Source of the DNA: Octopus vulgaris
Lineage: Eukaryota
Direction: 5' to 3'
NCBI GenBank assembly: GCA_951406725.2
Contig: OX597843.1
Coordinates: 7,192,001 to 7,256,000, forward strand
DNA: 64,000 nucleotides
Shown here: piece by piece, positions 41,490-54,750 of the stretch
Layout: every line of letters begins with the position of its first letter
Numbering within the stretch: position 1 is the first letter of the stretch
Made by a program: the position numbers and the translations under genes
Notes under the pieces: generated by a model
Seen by the model: the letters and a program-made list of their open reading frames with translations, nothing else
Database searches by the model: none
What the model was told of the DNA's origin: nothing

Positions 41490-42225
41490 AAATTTTATTC
41501 ATCAAATTAAGTACCATTACCGTCAGCACATTTTCCCCAACGAGTTACAAGTTTGTTTATTCTGGTAACATAAAAATCTGGAGATCTGGAGCTGATGATC
41601 TCTTTGAATGCATTATCAGCATCGGTTTGGTTTTTTTTTAACTCCTTCTCTTGCAGGAAACCCTCAAAAAGTAGTAGTCGCTAGGAGAAAGGTCTGGGCA
41701 ATAAGCTGGGTGGGGAAGAACTTTGTAGCCAAGTACCCTCAGCTTCTGGAGCGACATTAGTGAAACGTGTGGTCGAGCATTGTCATGAAGAATGGTTGAC
41801 CCTATTCTGTTGACCAGTCTGGGACGGAGGAGAAGCAGTTTTTCGTTCATTATGGATATTTCATGGCAATATGTTTCTGCAATAATGGTTTCTCTGGGTT
41901 TTAAGAATTTATTGTGGATGAGTCCAGCAGTACAACACCAAACAGTCACCATGACATTTTGTCTTGAAGGGCTCGGGTTTAGCGAAGGTTTTCGGTGCTT
42001 CATTTTGGTGCAACCACTGCAAAGAAGGTTTTTTTTTTATTATTGTACAGAATCCACTTTTCATCGCAAGTTACAATATCGTTGAGAAATGGATCGGTCT
42101 GGTTACGTAGGAGAGACGAGCAAATTTCATATCTGCGCATTTTCTCATTTTTATTCAAGTCGTGTGGTCCCATTTGTTGAACTTTTTTTGATTTTCCGAT
42201 TGCTTGAAAATGGTTGCAGACAGTT
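41490..42225 (-). pseudogene. Mariner (DD34D) transposase catalytic domain, frameshifted
   Basis: PHDL..., IVTCDEKWILYNN, LHDNARPH, HPAYCPDLSPSDYYFL, RWGKCADGNGT. Confidence 0.9.
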
Positions 42226-42234
42226 TTCTGTCTG

Positions 42235-42672
42235 CAACCCTTAGGGGTCAGCCACATTGAAGTGGCAAATGTACTTCACAATGTCGTGCAGCTACTGTTT
42301 ATACCTCGCTCAGAGATTTATTATTGCTTCTTTACACTTTTTCGATATCAGTGACTTTTCGTCACTGGAAAAAGGATTTATATTTACAAAGGGATCCCTA
42401 CTTTCCATTGACAACCGGTGATTGTCACACGCTGATGACGGGTCAAGTCGAGTCCGTGTGTATCGTAAGTTGAAAACGGGAAGGATGGCTTCCCTTTGCA
42501 AATACTGATAGGTCACAGAAAGTGCATCAATAGCCAGCTGGATGAGGTGTCCTCCTGGGGCTACAAGCTACAGTAGCATCCACCCTTAGTGGTTAGCCAC
42601 ATTTAAGTGGCAAATATACTTCACGATGTGTTGCAGCCACTGTTTATACCTCGCTCAGAGATTTATTATTGT
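42235..42672 (+). mobile_element. ~345-nt tandem repeat (1.25 units), retrozyme-like family R, HHR internally deleted
   Basis: 42238-42326 repeats at 42583-42671. CACACG-CUGAUGA-CGGG...GUC-CGUGUG at 42426-42460. Several blocks are shared with the reverse complement of 22330-22680. Confidence 0.7.
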
Positions 42673-42675
42673 TTA

Positions 42676-43232
<557 letters not shown>

Positions 43233-43235
<3 letters not shown>

Positions 43236-44117
43236 TAAATAAATGGAGTTGAACGCAGATGCTATTCAAATTCTTTTACTTTTGACATATGTTTCGAAGA
43301 CAACATTCGTTTTATTCCAAAGGAATAAAGGGTGTAAAATGCAATCTTCTCATCAGGAAAGAAAGAGAACCTATCTCAACAACAAGAAATTATAACAATT
43401 TTGATAACTGCATAAATGATAAACAAAACGCTATTAAGTATTTAAAAAAAAGACCATTAGTAGATTCGACGTCAAAGGCAGACACTAGGAAGAGAAGGGG
43501 TAAAGAAATGATAAGTAGAGAACAAATAAAGAAAGATATATTGGTTGAAAAATGTTCAAAGGCTTGGAATTAGATTTCTCTATTGAAGTAAAGTGCAAGG
43601 TGAACTAAATGTTCAAACTATACAGACTGGTAAGAATCACTTATATGAGCTAAAGGTATGTTTCTGCTAGTGCTTACATTTATAAGATAGCTCTATAAGT
43701 GCGTTAACAAGAAGATACTTAGAGAAGAGAATATGGAAGAGTTCAGAATTGCAAATGTTACAAAATCCTTTGCCCTTATCATAAGGAAAAGATACGGACA
43801 GGATGAATCAATCTAACTTAAAATCTTTATTATTGTCTTTAAGATACCAAACCAATTTACTTAGGCCTGTGCTATGACGTTTACTGATATCCCTAAATGA
43901 AGAATAATGATTGGAAATTCTCTTAGATAACTGGGAAGAGGACGCGCCAATGTAGAAGTAGACATCGGTACCACAAGAAATTTTACATTGGTATATAGAA
44001 TTCTTGATCTTAGAATTATTAGACGTAAATTTAATTCTGTTGGGGTTGTCCTCAGAGACCAAAACCATGTTTTTATTGCTATTATTATTATTATTGTTAT
44101 TATTATTATTATTATTA

Positions 44118-44210
<93 letters not shown>

Positions 44211-44330
44211 CTTCTCATAATACCTGTCTGCTAAATAAAAGTTCATTATCTGGGAGTTCCAACATTAATTTTGTTAATTCCAGCCCGTCACATAATAATA
44301 ATTATGCAATAAAAATATGGATTGAAAATA
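43233..44330 (-). mobile_element. Penelope-like element 3' fragment (GIY-YIG endonuclease plus pLTR-like tail)
   Basis: SIYQCKISCGTDVYFYIGASSSQLSKRISNHYSSFR..STGLSKLVWYLKD...CNICNSE; interrupted by an (AAT)n tract; ends in (TA)n. Confidence 0.8.
43279..43361 (-). ncRNA. Type I hammerhead with long stem II in the PLE tail
   Basis: CUUUC-CUGAUGA-GAAGAUUGCAUU...UUUAUUCC(UUU)GGAAUAAA...AAUGUUGUCUUC-GAA-ACAUAUGU-C-AAAAG. Confidence 0.8.
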
Positions 44331-44568
44331 AAATGTGATGGCGATGATGTAGACCTCCTCATACGGGAGAAACTGCAGCGAGGGCCCCATCAACGAACCC
44401 CACATATTCAGCATCACCTTGACCACCAGTGACACGAAGCCCCCGACCCTTCTCTCTCTCTCTCTCTCTCTCTCATGCTCTCCAATCTACACCAATCTGC
44501 TATCACCACCACCAACAACAACAACAATATTTATAACACTAGCTCTAATAGAAAATAGCAGCAGCAGC

Positions 44569-44620
<52 letters not shown>

Positions 44621-45421
44621 ATGATGGTGATGGTGGTGGTGACGATGACGATGATGATGGTGGTGGTGGTGGCGGTGGAGTTGCTGGTAGAGATGACGAT
44701 GCTGCTAGTGGTGATGATGATGATGATGAGGTTGACGATGATGTAATTGTTCTTGTTATTGTTGTTGCCATTGTGAACAATAGTTCAGCCATTCCCACGC
44801 TCACTGTTGCTGCTGCTGCTGATGGTGATGATGATGATGATGTGGAGGGGGGAGATGGTGCTGCTGTTGTTGCTGCTGCAGATGACGATGATGATGATGA
44901 CGATGATGGTGATGACGTCGACAATAATAATGGTAGCGATGGTGGTGGTGATGAGGATGATGATGATGATGATAATGATAGTTGTAATGATGATGATGGT
45001 GATGTCGATCATGATGATGATGGCGGTGGCAAAGACGAAGCTGTTTGCTGTCCACCACTATCCACCGCCGCCACCACCCTCTACCTCCACCCCCGCTTCT
45101 CCATCTCCTCCTCGTCGTCCATCACCTCATCCTTCTCCTCTCATTGTTCTACGTCACACCAACCAGCTGTTATCATCCATCGCAAAACCCCACCATCACC
45201 CCTTCCGCGCTTCCCCACATGCCCCTCCCTTTCCACTGCTGCAAGTTGTCTGTCAAGACGAACAGGCATTGACAGCTGTGCATTCTTCACAGCAGATGCA
45301 TCGCTCTCCTCCTCTTGCATCCTTTCCCAAAACACTAGCCAAGCACATGCTAGAAATAGCAACCAAATTACCAGCAGATCTTAAAATATATAGGGTACTC
45401 AAAAAAAATCTCTCCGCAATA

Positions 45422-45815
45422 AGGAGTGGCTGTGTGGTAAGTGGCTTGCTAACCAACCACATGGTTCCGGGTTCAGTCCCACTGCATGGCACCTTGGGCA
45501 AGTGTCTTCTACTATAGCCTCGGGCCGACCAGAGCCTTGTGAGTGGATTTGGTAGAGGGGAAACTGAAAGAAGCCCGTCGTATATATGTATATATATATA
45601 TGTTTGTGTGTCTGTGTTTATTCCCCCAACATCGCTTGACAACCGATGCTGGTGTGTTTACGTTCTCCGTAACTTAGCGGTTCGGCAAAAGAGACCGATA
45701 GAATAAGTACTAGGCTTACAAAGAATAAGTCCTGGGGTCGATTTGTTCGACTAAAGGCGGTGCTCCAGCATGGCCGCAGTCAAAATACTGAAACACGTAA
45801 AAGAGTAAAGAGTAA
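45422..45815 (+). mobile_element. SINE family A, full length (reference copy)
   Basis: tRNA-like head TGGCTGTGTGG...GGTTCAGTCCC, ACCTTGGGCAAGT core, internal microsatellite and LINE-like tail. Confidence 0.9.
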
Positions 45816-45990
45816 GTATTTAATGGTTTTCGGGCGATTCTTGTAAACTGATCCCTTTTACTTGCTCCTCAGAAAAAAGAAAAAAAAGGTCTGGCGGTGT
45901 TAAATCAGGTGATCTTGGTGGTGGCCAAAATCCCTTCGAAATAATCCGTTCACCGAAAAACCCTTGAAGTAGCGCCGTTTTTTAAAATTA
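45816..45990 (-). pseudogene. Tc1/mariner-superfamily transposase fragment
   Basis: WPPPRSPDLTPPD(FF)...SVYKNRPKTI, with frameshifts. Confidence 0.7.
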
Positions 45991-46187
45991 TTTTTTTGCT
46001 TCCTTTTGCGTTTTATTTCTTTCCTTTTCTTAAATCGTTCGCTCTTACTACTCCCCCCCCCGTCCTACCCACACTCGAGGGGTCTGTCTCCACCTCACTC
46101 CCCTCTCTCTATTCATTTGTCTACCTCTTTCCGCCGCCACTTAACGGCGCCTTCCTTATTAACACTAATATGTATGCTACGAGCCAG

Positions 46188-46243
<56 letters not shown>

Positions 46244-46727
46244 AAGAGAGATTTACATGGTTGCTAGATTAGTTAGAAATAGCAGCCAACTCTTCCACAA
46301 GTCACACCCTCCTACTTATGCGTGTATGTGTTTCCCCTCTCTCCTATTCTTTACTCCCTCTGCCTTCTTCAACTCCTCCCCTCCTCTACCACCTGATCTA
46401 TGGTTTATGCGTTGTCTTTCTTTCTCGGCTGCCCGCCTTTGAGGTCAGTTGCATCTGTTTCCTTCCATTTCGCCATCCGTTCAGTTAAAATTTTCCCATT
46501 TCCTTTTTCCTTGCGCTAGCTTACTACACTGTCTGATTAGTCGAAAGACTGTTTTGTTTTATTTTTGTTGTACAACCGAAAGGCTTTTGTCCAGTGTATG
46601 TATATAATTCTATTTCTTATCTTACGTTCATCCGATACTCGAAAGACCCTTTCTCGTTGTTATTTCATTGTGTTTGTATATATACTTTCGTTTGCCTTGC
46701 TCAGGGGTTTAAATGCTTTTAGCTTAA

Positions 46728-46945
46728 CCCTTTTGTTACCATATTTCTGTTGAGATGTTCTGTGTTTATTTCAATTACTTCAATATAACAGAATTTAGTA
46801 AAATAACTTAGTTATCATTAAGCTAGTGTTAGGAACATAATTTGTGACTAAGGTTTGGTGGAAGATTTTAATTCAAAACTTATGAAAACAAGACATTTGT
46901 ACTACAGAGCCAGAGCCGGTTTCAGCTGGGTTGGTATCAAAAGGG
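46728..46945. mobile_element. piggyBac-type MITE
   Basis: TTAA TSDs at 46724-46727 and 46946-46949; TIRs CCCTTTTGTTACCA / TGGTATCAAAAGGG (13/14 match). Confidence 0.9.
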
Positions 46946-47396
46946 TTAAGCCCTTGGCCCAACTGGTTTCGAGTAACATCAGAGATGATTGGGCAAAGGT
47001 ACGTGCACATTCCAGGCTCAACTGAAGAAACAATTGGCTGTGAATGATCCATGGATCTTGTTTTGTCCTGTTTGTTGTTGTTATCGTTCTTTCCCTGCCT
47101 GTTGTCTATTGACAATTTCTGTTATGTATTTTACCTTATATTTTTATATATACATATTCACAAATATGCATATACAATTCACAAAACCGTTTACAAACAT
47201 ACACACATATGCACACACACGCACACATACACACACACACATGCATATATACATGTTTATAGAAACATATTTCCATACATACATATCTATATATGTTTAC
47301 ATATCTATATAATTAATATAGGATAAAATTTTTTTCGGGAAAAATTTTTTATCAATGGCCAGCATATCAAAAAATGCCTTTAAAATTAAAATTTAT

Positions 47397-47765
47397 ACAT
47401 AATTTACAAGATAAGGGCAGAAGAAAAATTCTAATGCCAAATATGCCGAAACGAAAAAAATTTTTGTCGATAACCATTATAATTTATGCGTCTCGAAACA
47501 AACCGATAGAAATCTCTAAAAAATTCGTTATTACCGTATTGGTCCAATTTCGGGGTTAATTCATAAGAAATTTTCCCCTCTTCAGCGGCAAATACGCGAG
47601 ATGTAAATGAAATACCAGGATCAATACGGTAATAACGAATTTTTTAGAGATTTCTATCGGTTTGTTTCGAGACGCATAAATTATAATGGTTATCGACAAA
47701 ATTTTTTTTGTTTCGTCATATTTGGCATTAGAATTTTTCTTCTGCCCTTATCTTGTAAATTATGT
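47397..47765. repeat. Long inverted repeat (foldback/MITE-like): ~149-bp arms, 72-bp spacer
   Basis: 47397-47545 is the reverse complement of 47618-47765 with few mismatches. Confidence 0.9.
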
Positions 47766-47778
47766 TTACATATATATA

Positions 47779-47814
<36 letters not shown>

Positions 47815-48098
47815 AATTTTACCAATATTACCACAACTTCAATTTCAGGAAACTTTATTTACTGAAGTACACATAGAAAATTATATCCAACATACTAATC
47901 TAATAATATAAGCATTTTAAAGCCTACTATAACATACAATAAGAATAAAGTACATTAGAATTAATTATATAATTATTTAAACACACTGGTAACTATTTAT
48001 TTTTCCGTGTTAATTGTTAACAAGGTAAAAATACACTCATCTATTTATATTTATAACATCTATATATATGTGTGTGTACATCTATATATTTATTCATA

Positions 48099-48152
<54 letters not shown>

Positions 48153-48182
48153 CATGTGTGTACATCTATATATTTATTCATA

Positions 48183-48224
<42 letters not shown>

Positions 48225-48526
48225 TACATAAATATACACACACACACACGTATATATGCATATAATTATACGTGTGCATGTGTGCTTGTACAGGTGTGTT
48301 CCTATGTAACTAAGTACATATGACTATTTGTATATGTATATATATATATATATTTCTATGGAGACACATACATGTGTGGGAGTGTACACACTTAATCAGG
48401 TGCAAATTTAATAGCAGTGAAAGCAAACAGAAAAAACATTTCAGCGCCATCTACGTAAACAGCAGCAACAATAATAATAATAACAATAACTACAACAACG
48501 AAAAGAAGAAGGAGGAGGAGGAGGAT

Positions 48527-49074
48527 AAATGCCCTAATGCAGTACCAGACACTGGCCCTCGTGGCTTCTGATCTTAACTGATTGCAAGTGTTATCATGTA
48601 CATTGTTTTGTGTTGGTATAAAAGATGGCCTACAGCAAATATTCTGCTCAATACCACAGATTTGCTTGTCAGTTGTTTGACCTTAACCAGTTGAGCATGT
48701 CCCTTAGTGGCTGACGATATATGCATCTCTGACCGCGGGCAGAAGTGGTCGGGGAGTATCATAGCCATGTGTTGAGAGGGATTCTTTGGGGTTTGAATAA
48801 TTCACCTCTGGAAACATGGGTGGTTCGTTCAACATCCTTAAACATTATTTAGGGATCTTTTGAGTGGGATGGGCTACTTTACCTGAAGAAAATCCTAACT
48901 GGGCTCCACCTGCGCTGTTTATCTTTGTGTGAGATTATCATGTCGCGCATATATAGTTGTGATACATGTACCTGGTGTACCCTTATTAGACGGGGTGTCA
49001 TAATGGTTATATTAGGCTTAGTATATTTTACCCCAGTGTCACTTTGATGGCATGCACTGCTCTCTCTCTCTCTC

Positions 49075-49075
<1 letters not shown>
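48527..49075 (+). mobile_element. Family C repeat
   Basis: AAATGCCCTAATGCAGTACC...GCACTGCTCTCTC then (AAT)n. Confidence 0.85.
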
Positions 49076-49106
<31 letters not shown>

Positions 49107-49184
49107 TGATGATGATGACGATGATTTCAAATTTTTCCTCAAGCGCAGCAGTTTCGGGAAAAATGATAAGTGACTATGGAACAT

Positions 49185-49408
49185 AGTTATTCCTGTAGAA
49201 ATTGGTGCAGTTGTCACAACACCCAGAAAGGATGCCTAAGACACTGAAAGAGATTGGGATTGAAATTACCATTGTTGAGCTGCAGAAAAGTACCATCCTA
49301 TATTCTGCAAAAACTCTTTAAAAAGGTACTTGACATTTGAGGAAAGTTATTGTCACCAAACCTCAGGATAAAATAACTACCAACTAAATTAGCACGTCCT
49401 AGCGTAAT
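49185..49408 (+). mobile_element. R4/Dong-like LINE 3' fragment (another family)
   Basis: VIPVEIGA...IGIEITIVELQKSTILYSAKTL followed by (TAA)n. Confidence 0.6.
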
Positions 49409-49409
49409 G

Positions 49410-49472
<63 letters not shown>

Positions 49473-49499
49473 GCAATAATAATAATAATAATAATAATA

Positions 49500-51040
49500 A
49501 TGGATTAGAAAAATGCGCCAAAGTAACCCTGAAAATTGGAAAACTAGTTAAGAGTAGCAACATCACACTAGATAAAACCTATGAAATAAAAGAATTAGAC
49601 CAAAGCCAAACTTACAAATACTTAGGAATCCATGAACTAGATAAGACACAACACACACAAATGAAAGAGAAAATAAAAAAAGAATATTATAGACGAGTTA
49701 GATCAATACTAAAAACAGAGCTCAATGCTAAAAACAAGATAATAGGTATCAACACTTTAGCTGTCCCAGTTATAAGTTACAGCTACAATATCTTTAACTG
49801 GACACGAAATGAACTGACCAAAATAGATAGGAAAACAAGAAAAATAATGACAGGATCTAGGATGCATTACCCAAAATCTGACATAGAAAGACTATATATA
49901 CAACGTATAGAAGGTGGTAGAGGCCTTATACAACTGGAAAACTACTATAAAATAACCACCATAGGACTGCAAAAATATCTACTTCAGAAGGAAGGAAAAC
50001 TGATACAAATAGCGGCAAAACACGAGCAAAACAAAAAACTGTTCTCAGTATTTAAGGAAGCTGACAAATACAAACAAGAAATCATACCACCTAATAAATA
50101 TGAAGAAGAAGAAGAAGATGATGAAGAAACAACAAAAGCTATAAAACAAATGTAATCCAAACTAAAAATAGAACAGCAACGAACCATGATAAAACGATGG
50201 CAAGAAAAGCCCCTTCATGGTAAATACTGGACTAAACTAAACGCAAAAGAAATAGACAAAGAAAAATCCCAGCAATGGTTGAGAAGCTCATGACTCAAAG
50301 CAGAAACAGGGGGATTTTTAATTGCAGCACAAGACCAAAGCCTCCCCACCAGAAATTACCAAAAACGTGTAATGAAAAGAAATATAACAAGTAACTGCAG
50401 AATATGTGGAGATGGACAAGAAACAATAAATCATATTATCTCTAGCTGCCCAGTCCTGGCTAAGAAAGAATATATTCACAGACATGACAAAGTTGGAACC
50501 TACATACATTGGAAGCTATGCCAACATTATGGAATAACAACAGAAAAAAGATGGTATAGGCACACACCAGAAAAGGTCACAGAAAAAGAGAAAGCAACCA
50601 TACTCTGGGATATGCCGATACACACAGATAGAGAAATTAAGGCCAACAGGCCAGATATAGTTGTCAGAGATCATGAAGAAAAAAAATGCTTTCTAATTGA
50701 TGTATCAATACCGGCAGATGACAACGTGTCTCTAAAAGAAACGGAGAAACTCTCAAAATACATAGACCTGAAAATAGAGGTAACCAGAATGTGGAATCTG
50801 AAAACAGAAACAATTCCTATCATAGTAGGTGTATTAGGCATGATAAAAAATATTCAGACAAATACAAACACATATAACATACAGAAAATTGCACTACTTG
50901 GCACTGCACACATCCTACGCAGAACATTTTCCATACAATAACCATCAGCGCATCACAACAAATCACAACACATACCCAAGGCACACAGAGCTGCGCTCGG
51001 TAATGAAGTGAAAGCACGCTATAAAAATAAAACTACTGAA
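49500..51040 (+). mobile_element. 5'-truncated R4/Dong-clade non-LTR retrotransposon (RT thumb, CCHC finger, RLE endonuclease)
   Basis: GLEKCAK..YKYLG..RLYIQRIEGGRGL; CRICGDGQETINHIISSC; RHD; RPDIV; LIDVSIP..EKLSKY. Stops at 50153 and 50291; (TAA)n on both sides. Confidence 0.92.
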
Positions 51041-51059
51041 TAATAATAATAATAATAAT

Positions 51060-51620
51060 AAATGCCCTGATGCAGTGGCAGTGGCTCACATGTCTTCTGA
51101 TCTTAACTGATTGGAAGTGTTATAATTGTACATTGTTTTGTCTTGGTATAAAAGATGGGCTACAGCAAATATTCTGCTCAATACCACAGATTTGCTTGTC
51201 AGTTGTTTGACCTTAACCTGTTGATTATGTCCCTTAGTGGCTGACGATATGTGCATCTCTGATCACGAGCAGAAGTAGTAGGGGAAAATCATAGCCATGG
51301 GTTGAGAGGGATTCTTTGGGGGCTTGAATAATTCACTTCTGGAAACATGGGTGTTTCGTTCAACGTCCTTAAACAAACCTTATTCAGGGCTCTTTTGAGC
51401 GGGATGGACTACTCAACCTGAAGAAAATTCTAACTGGGCCCCACCTACAAGTTCATGTGCTGTTTATCTTGATATGAGATCACCATGTCACGCACATATT
51501 GTTGTGATGCATGTGCCTGGTGTACCCTTATCAGACGGGTAGTCATGACGGGTATACTTGGCTTCATATATTTGTACCCCAGTATAACTTTGATGGCATG
51601 CACTGCTCTCTCACTCAATA
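51060..51620 (+). mobile_element. Family C repeat, near full length
   Basis: Flanked by (TAA)n and directly after the R4/Dong element. Confidence 0.85.
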
Positions 51621-52226
51621 ATAATAATAATAATAATAATAATTGTTATGGCGATGGTAAGGATGAAGCGGCAAAGGAAGATGGCGGACATTGACAGAAG
51701 CAGAGACAATCACCAAGATTTTGTGTCATTCTATATTATATCAATCTGAGCAGAGTCACCGCCATCACCATCATCATCGTCGTCGTCATCATCATCAGCA
51801 TCATCATCTTCATCGGCAACTTCCTCCTCATCATCTGCCTCCTCCCCCTAATTATCATCATCATCATCATCTTCACCGTCTACGCCGACACCGTCACAAC
51901 CATCATCACCATTGACAACACTACCATCATCATCATCATCATCATCACGATCACCACAGCAACAACGACCCGAACCACATCTCCCACCACACACACACCA
52001 ACACACCACCACCACCACCACCACCGCCGCCGCCACCACCAATTACTCCATCCAATCAGTTATTCCAGTTAATTATTAATGCGCTGTTCCTGGTTTCACC
52101 TCTCCGTGTTGAGTGTGCCTCTTTACTAGACATTCTCGTTGACTTACATTCACCCACCTCCCTCGCCTCTCTTCTCCCTATCTCTGTATCTTTCCCTCTC
52201 TCTCCCTCTGTATATACGTATATGTG

Positions 52227-52259
<33 letters not shown>

Positions 52260-52510
52260 TGAAGGTTTTTTGGAAATGAGTTAAAAACTCCAAAGACGTT
52301 AGCAGGTGCAAGTCTGATATCTATCTATATATCTACTTATCTATCGATCTGTCTATTTCTCTCTCTCTCTCTCTCCCCATATATATATATGTATATATAT
52401 ATATATGTGTATATACATACATACATACATTTTTCATTGTTTGCCTATCTAATATATATATTTATATATACATATGATATATATATATGTATGTATTTGT
52501 ATACACATGT

Positions 52511-52557
<47 letters not shown>

Positions 52558-52564
52558 ATGTATG

Positions 52565-52626
<62 letters not shown>

Positions 52627-52650
52627 TATGTGTGTGTATGTGTGTGTATG

Positions 52651-52728
<78 letters not shown>

Positions 52729-53066
52729 TACACTTACACACATATGAACATAATGTATGTAGATGAATATAGTCAGCGAAGGAGAGTAGGCTTATACATA
52801 TGGTGTTGATGTCTGTCTGTGCGTCACTCATTCTGCGCCACCCTGCCGCCCCTCCCCTTTCCTCTCACTAATCCCTTCCGTGATAGATTGGGAACAGAAT
52901 CCATTATGACAATTAACTCCAGAAATAATCATATCACAACCACGGCCGCCGCCACTGTCGACCCTCTGCCCTAACCCTCCCCCACACACGTCACCGTTTT
53001 CCACCACCGTCACCATCACACAAACACGATTATCATCATCATCATCATCACCACCACCACCACCTT

Positions 53067-53104
<38 letters not shown>

Positions 53105-53178
53105 CTCTCCATAGCATATCCCATAATGCAACGTAAAACAAGACCGTTCAAATTAAAGTATACAACATTGAAGCAGTG

Positions 53179-53335
53179 CGCAGGCGTGGCCGTGTGGTAA
53201 GAAGCTTGCTTCTCAACAACATGGTTCCGGGTTCAGTCTTAATGCGTGGCACCTTGCTATAGCCTCAGGCCGAGCAAAGCTATGGAAGTGAATTTACCAG
53301 ACGGAAACTGAAAGAAGCCCAAGTAAAAGAGTATA
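53179..53335 (+). mobile_element. SINE family A head, internally deleted
   Basis: Matches the family head. Confidence 0.7.
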
Positions 53336-53560
53336 ACATACGCCAGCTGTCAACCGTAAACTGTAAAATAACTTCATACAGCTTATCGTACTTCGATACG
53401 GGGTAAAACTCACAACGTTCAGCCCCAATAAACCACTATGGTTCCACAAAGTTGTTCCTTATACCTTCTACGGACTACTTCTTGCTCACTATCTTCCTAT
53501 TCCTTGATCCTTAGATATTTCCTTTACATCTGTCTGTCTATTTGTTTCTCTCTCTCTCTT

Positions 53561-53628
<68 letters not shown>

Positions 53629-53632
<4 letters not shown>

Positions 53633-54270
53633 TACAGGGCCGTGGTTCTCACCACTCTTCTCTATGGCTCAGAGACCTAGATCACTTACCGTAGTCACAT
53701 GCGTCTCCTCGAGCGCTTCCACCAACGATGTCTCCGCAACATCCTCAACATTCAATGGAGTGTCGTCGTCACAAACATTGAAGTCTTGGAGCAGGCTTAG
53801 ATCACCAGCATTGAAGCCATGCAACTGAAGTCCCACCTCCGATGGGCAGGGCATGTCTCCAGAATAGAGAACCATCGCCTTCCTAAGATTGCCCAGTTTG
53901 GCGAACTCTCCACCGGCCACCGTGTGAGAGGAGCTCCGAGGAAGCGCTACAAAGACTGCCTCAAGAAGTCTCTAACATCATGTCATATTAACCACCAATA
54001 CTGGTCAGACCTGGCTGCGGACCGTGATGTCTGGCGCCACACGATCTTCAACGCAGTCAGCAAGTTTGAGGAACAAAGAAGAGATGCGCTTAAAGACAAA
54101 AGATGCAGGAGGAAGGCGCGAGCCGCCTCTGACACCACAACGGATGTTACTTTCGTCTGTGGACACTGCTCACGGACCTGCCTTTCCTATATCGGAATTA
54201 TCAGTCATGAGCGTGCATGCACGCAACGAAGACAGCCTTTCTGCTCTTCGTTCGCGAAGCCGAGCCATGC
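53629..54270 (+). mobile_element. RTE (BovB-like) LINE 3' part, pseudogenised
   Basis: VYRAVVLTTLLYGSET*ITY..LERFHQRCLRNIL..LRWAGHVSR..RLPK..GELSTGHR..CGHCSRTCLSYIGIISHERAC; in-frame TAG at 53678 and 53798. Confidence 0.9.
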
Positions 54271-54467
54271 TGGAGATAACCACTAAGTGGACACCCATAC
54301 GCTACAAGTAGACCCTCTATGATCTTACCATTGAGAAAGGAAAGAATGTTCTCAAGAAAATTTAGCAAACGCCAGAACGGAAGCGAGCAAGACAAACGAA
54401 AAGGTGCAAACCAGTTTGTGATGAATCTGTATATTTTATATCTTTTTATTTGTCTTACTCACTTACG

Positions 54468-54750
54468 AATTTGAATTCAGAACGTAGCGGCAGACGAAAT
54501 ATCTATTTCTTTACTACCCACAAGGGGCTACACACAGAGGGGACAAACAAGGACAGACAAACGGATTAAGTCGATCATATCGACCCCAGTGCGTAACGTC
54601 TGCCGCTACGTTATGAGTTCAAATTCCGCCGAGGTCGACTTAACCTTTCATCCTTTCGGGGTCGATTAAATAAGTACCAGTTATGCACTGGGGTTGATAT
54701 TATCGACTTAATCCGTTTGTCTGTCCTTGTTTGTCCCCTCTGTGTGTAGG
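54468..54750. mobile_element. SINE family B pieces in inverted arrangement
   Basis: Minus pieces at 54468-54597 and a plus copy at 54597-54750. Confidence 0.75.

Noticed and set aside
44419-45517. 321-aa and 236-aa low-complexity ORFs
   Set aside because: Trinucleotide-repeat mosaic running into a SINE; no recognisable protein.
51190-51300. Possible HDV-like ribozyme in family C
   Set aside because: P1- and P3-like pairings could be drawn, but no P2 partner or convincing J4/2 was found.
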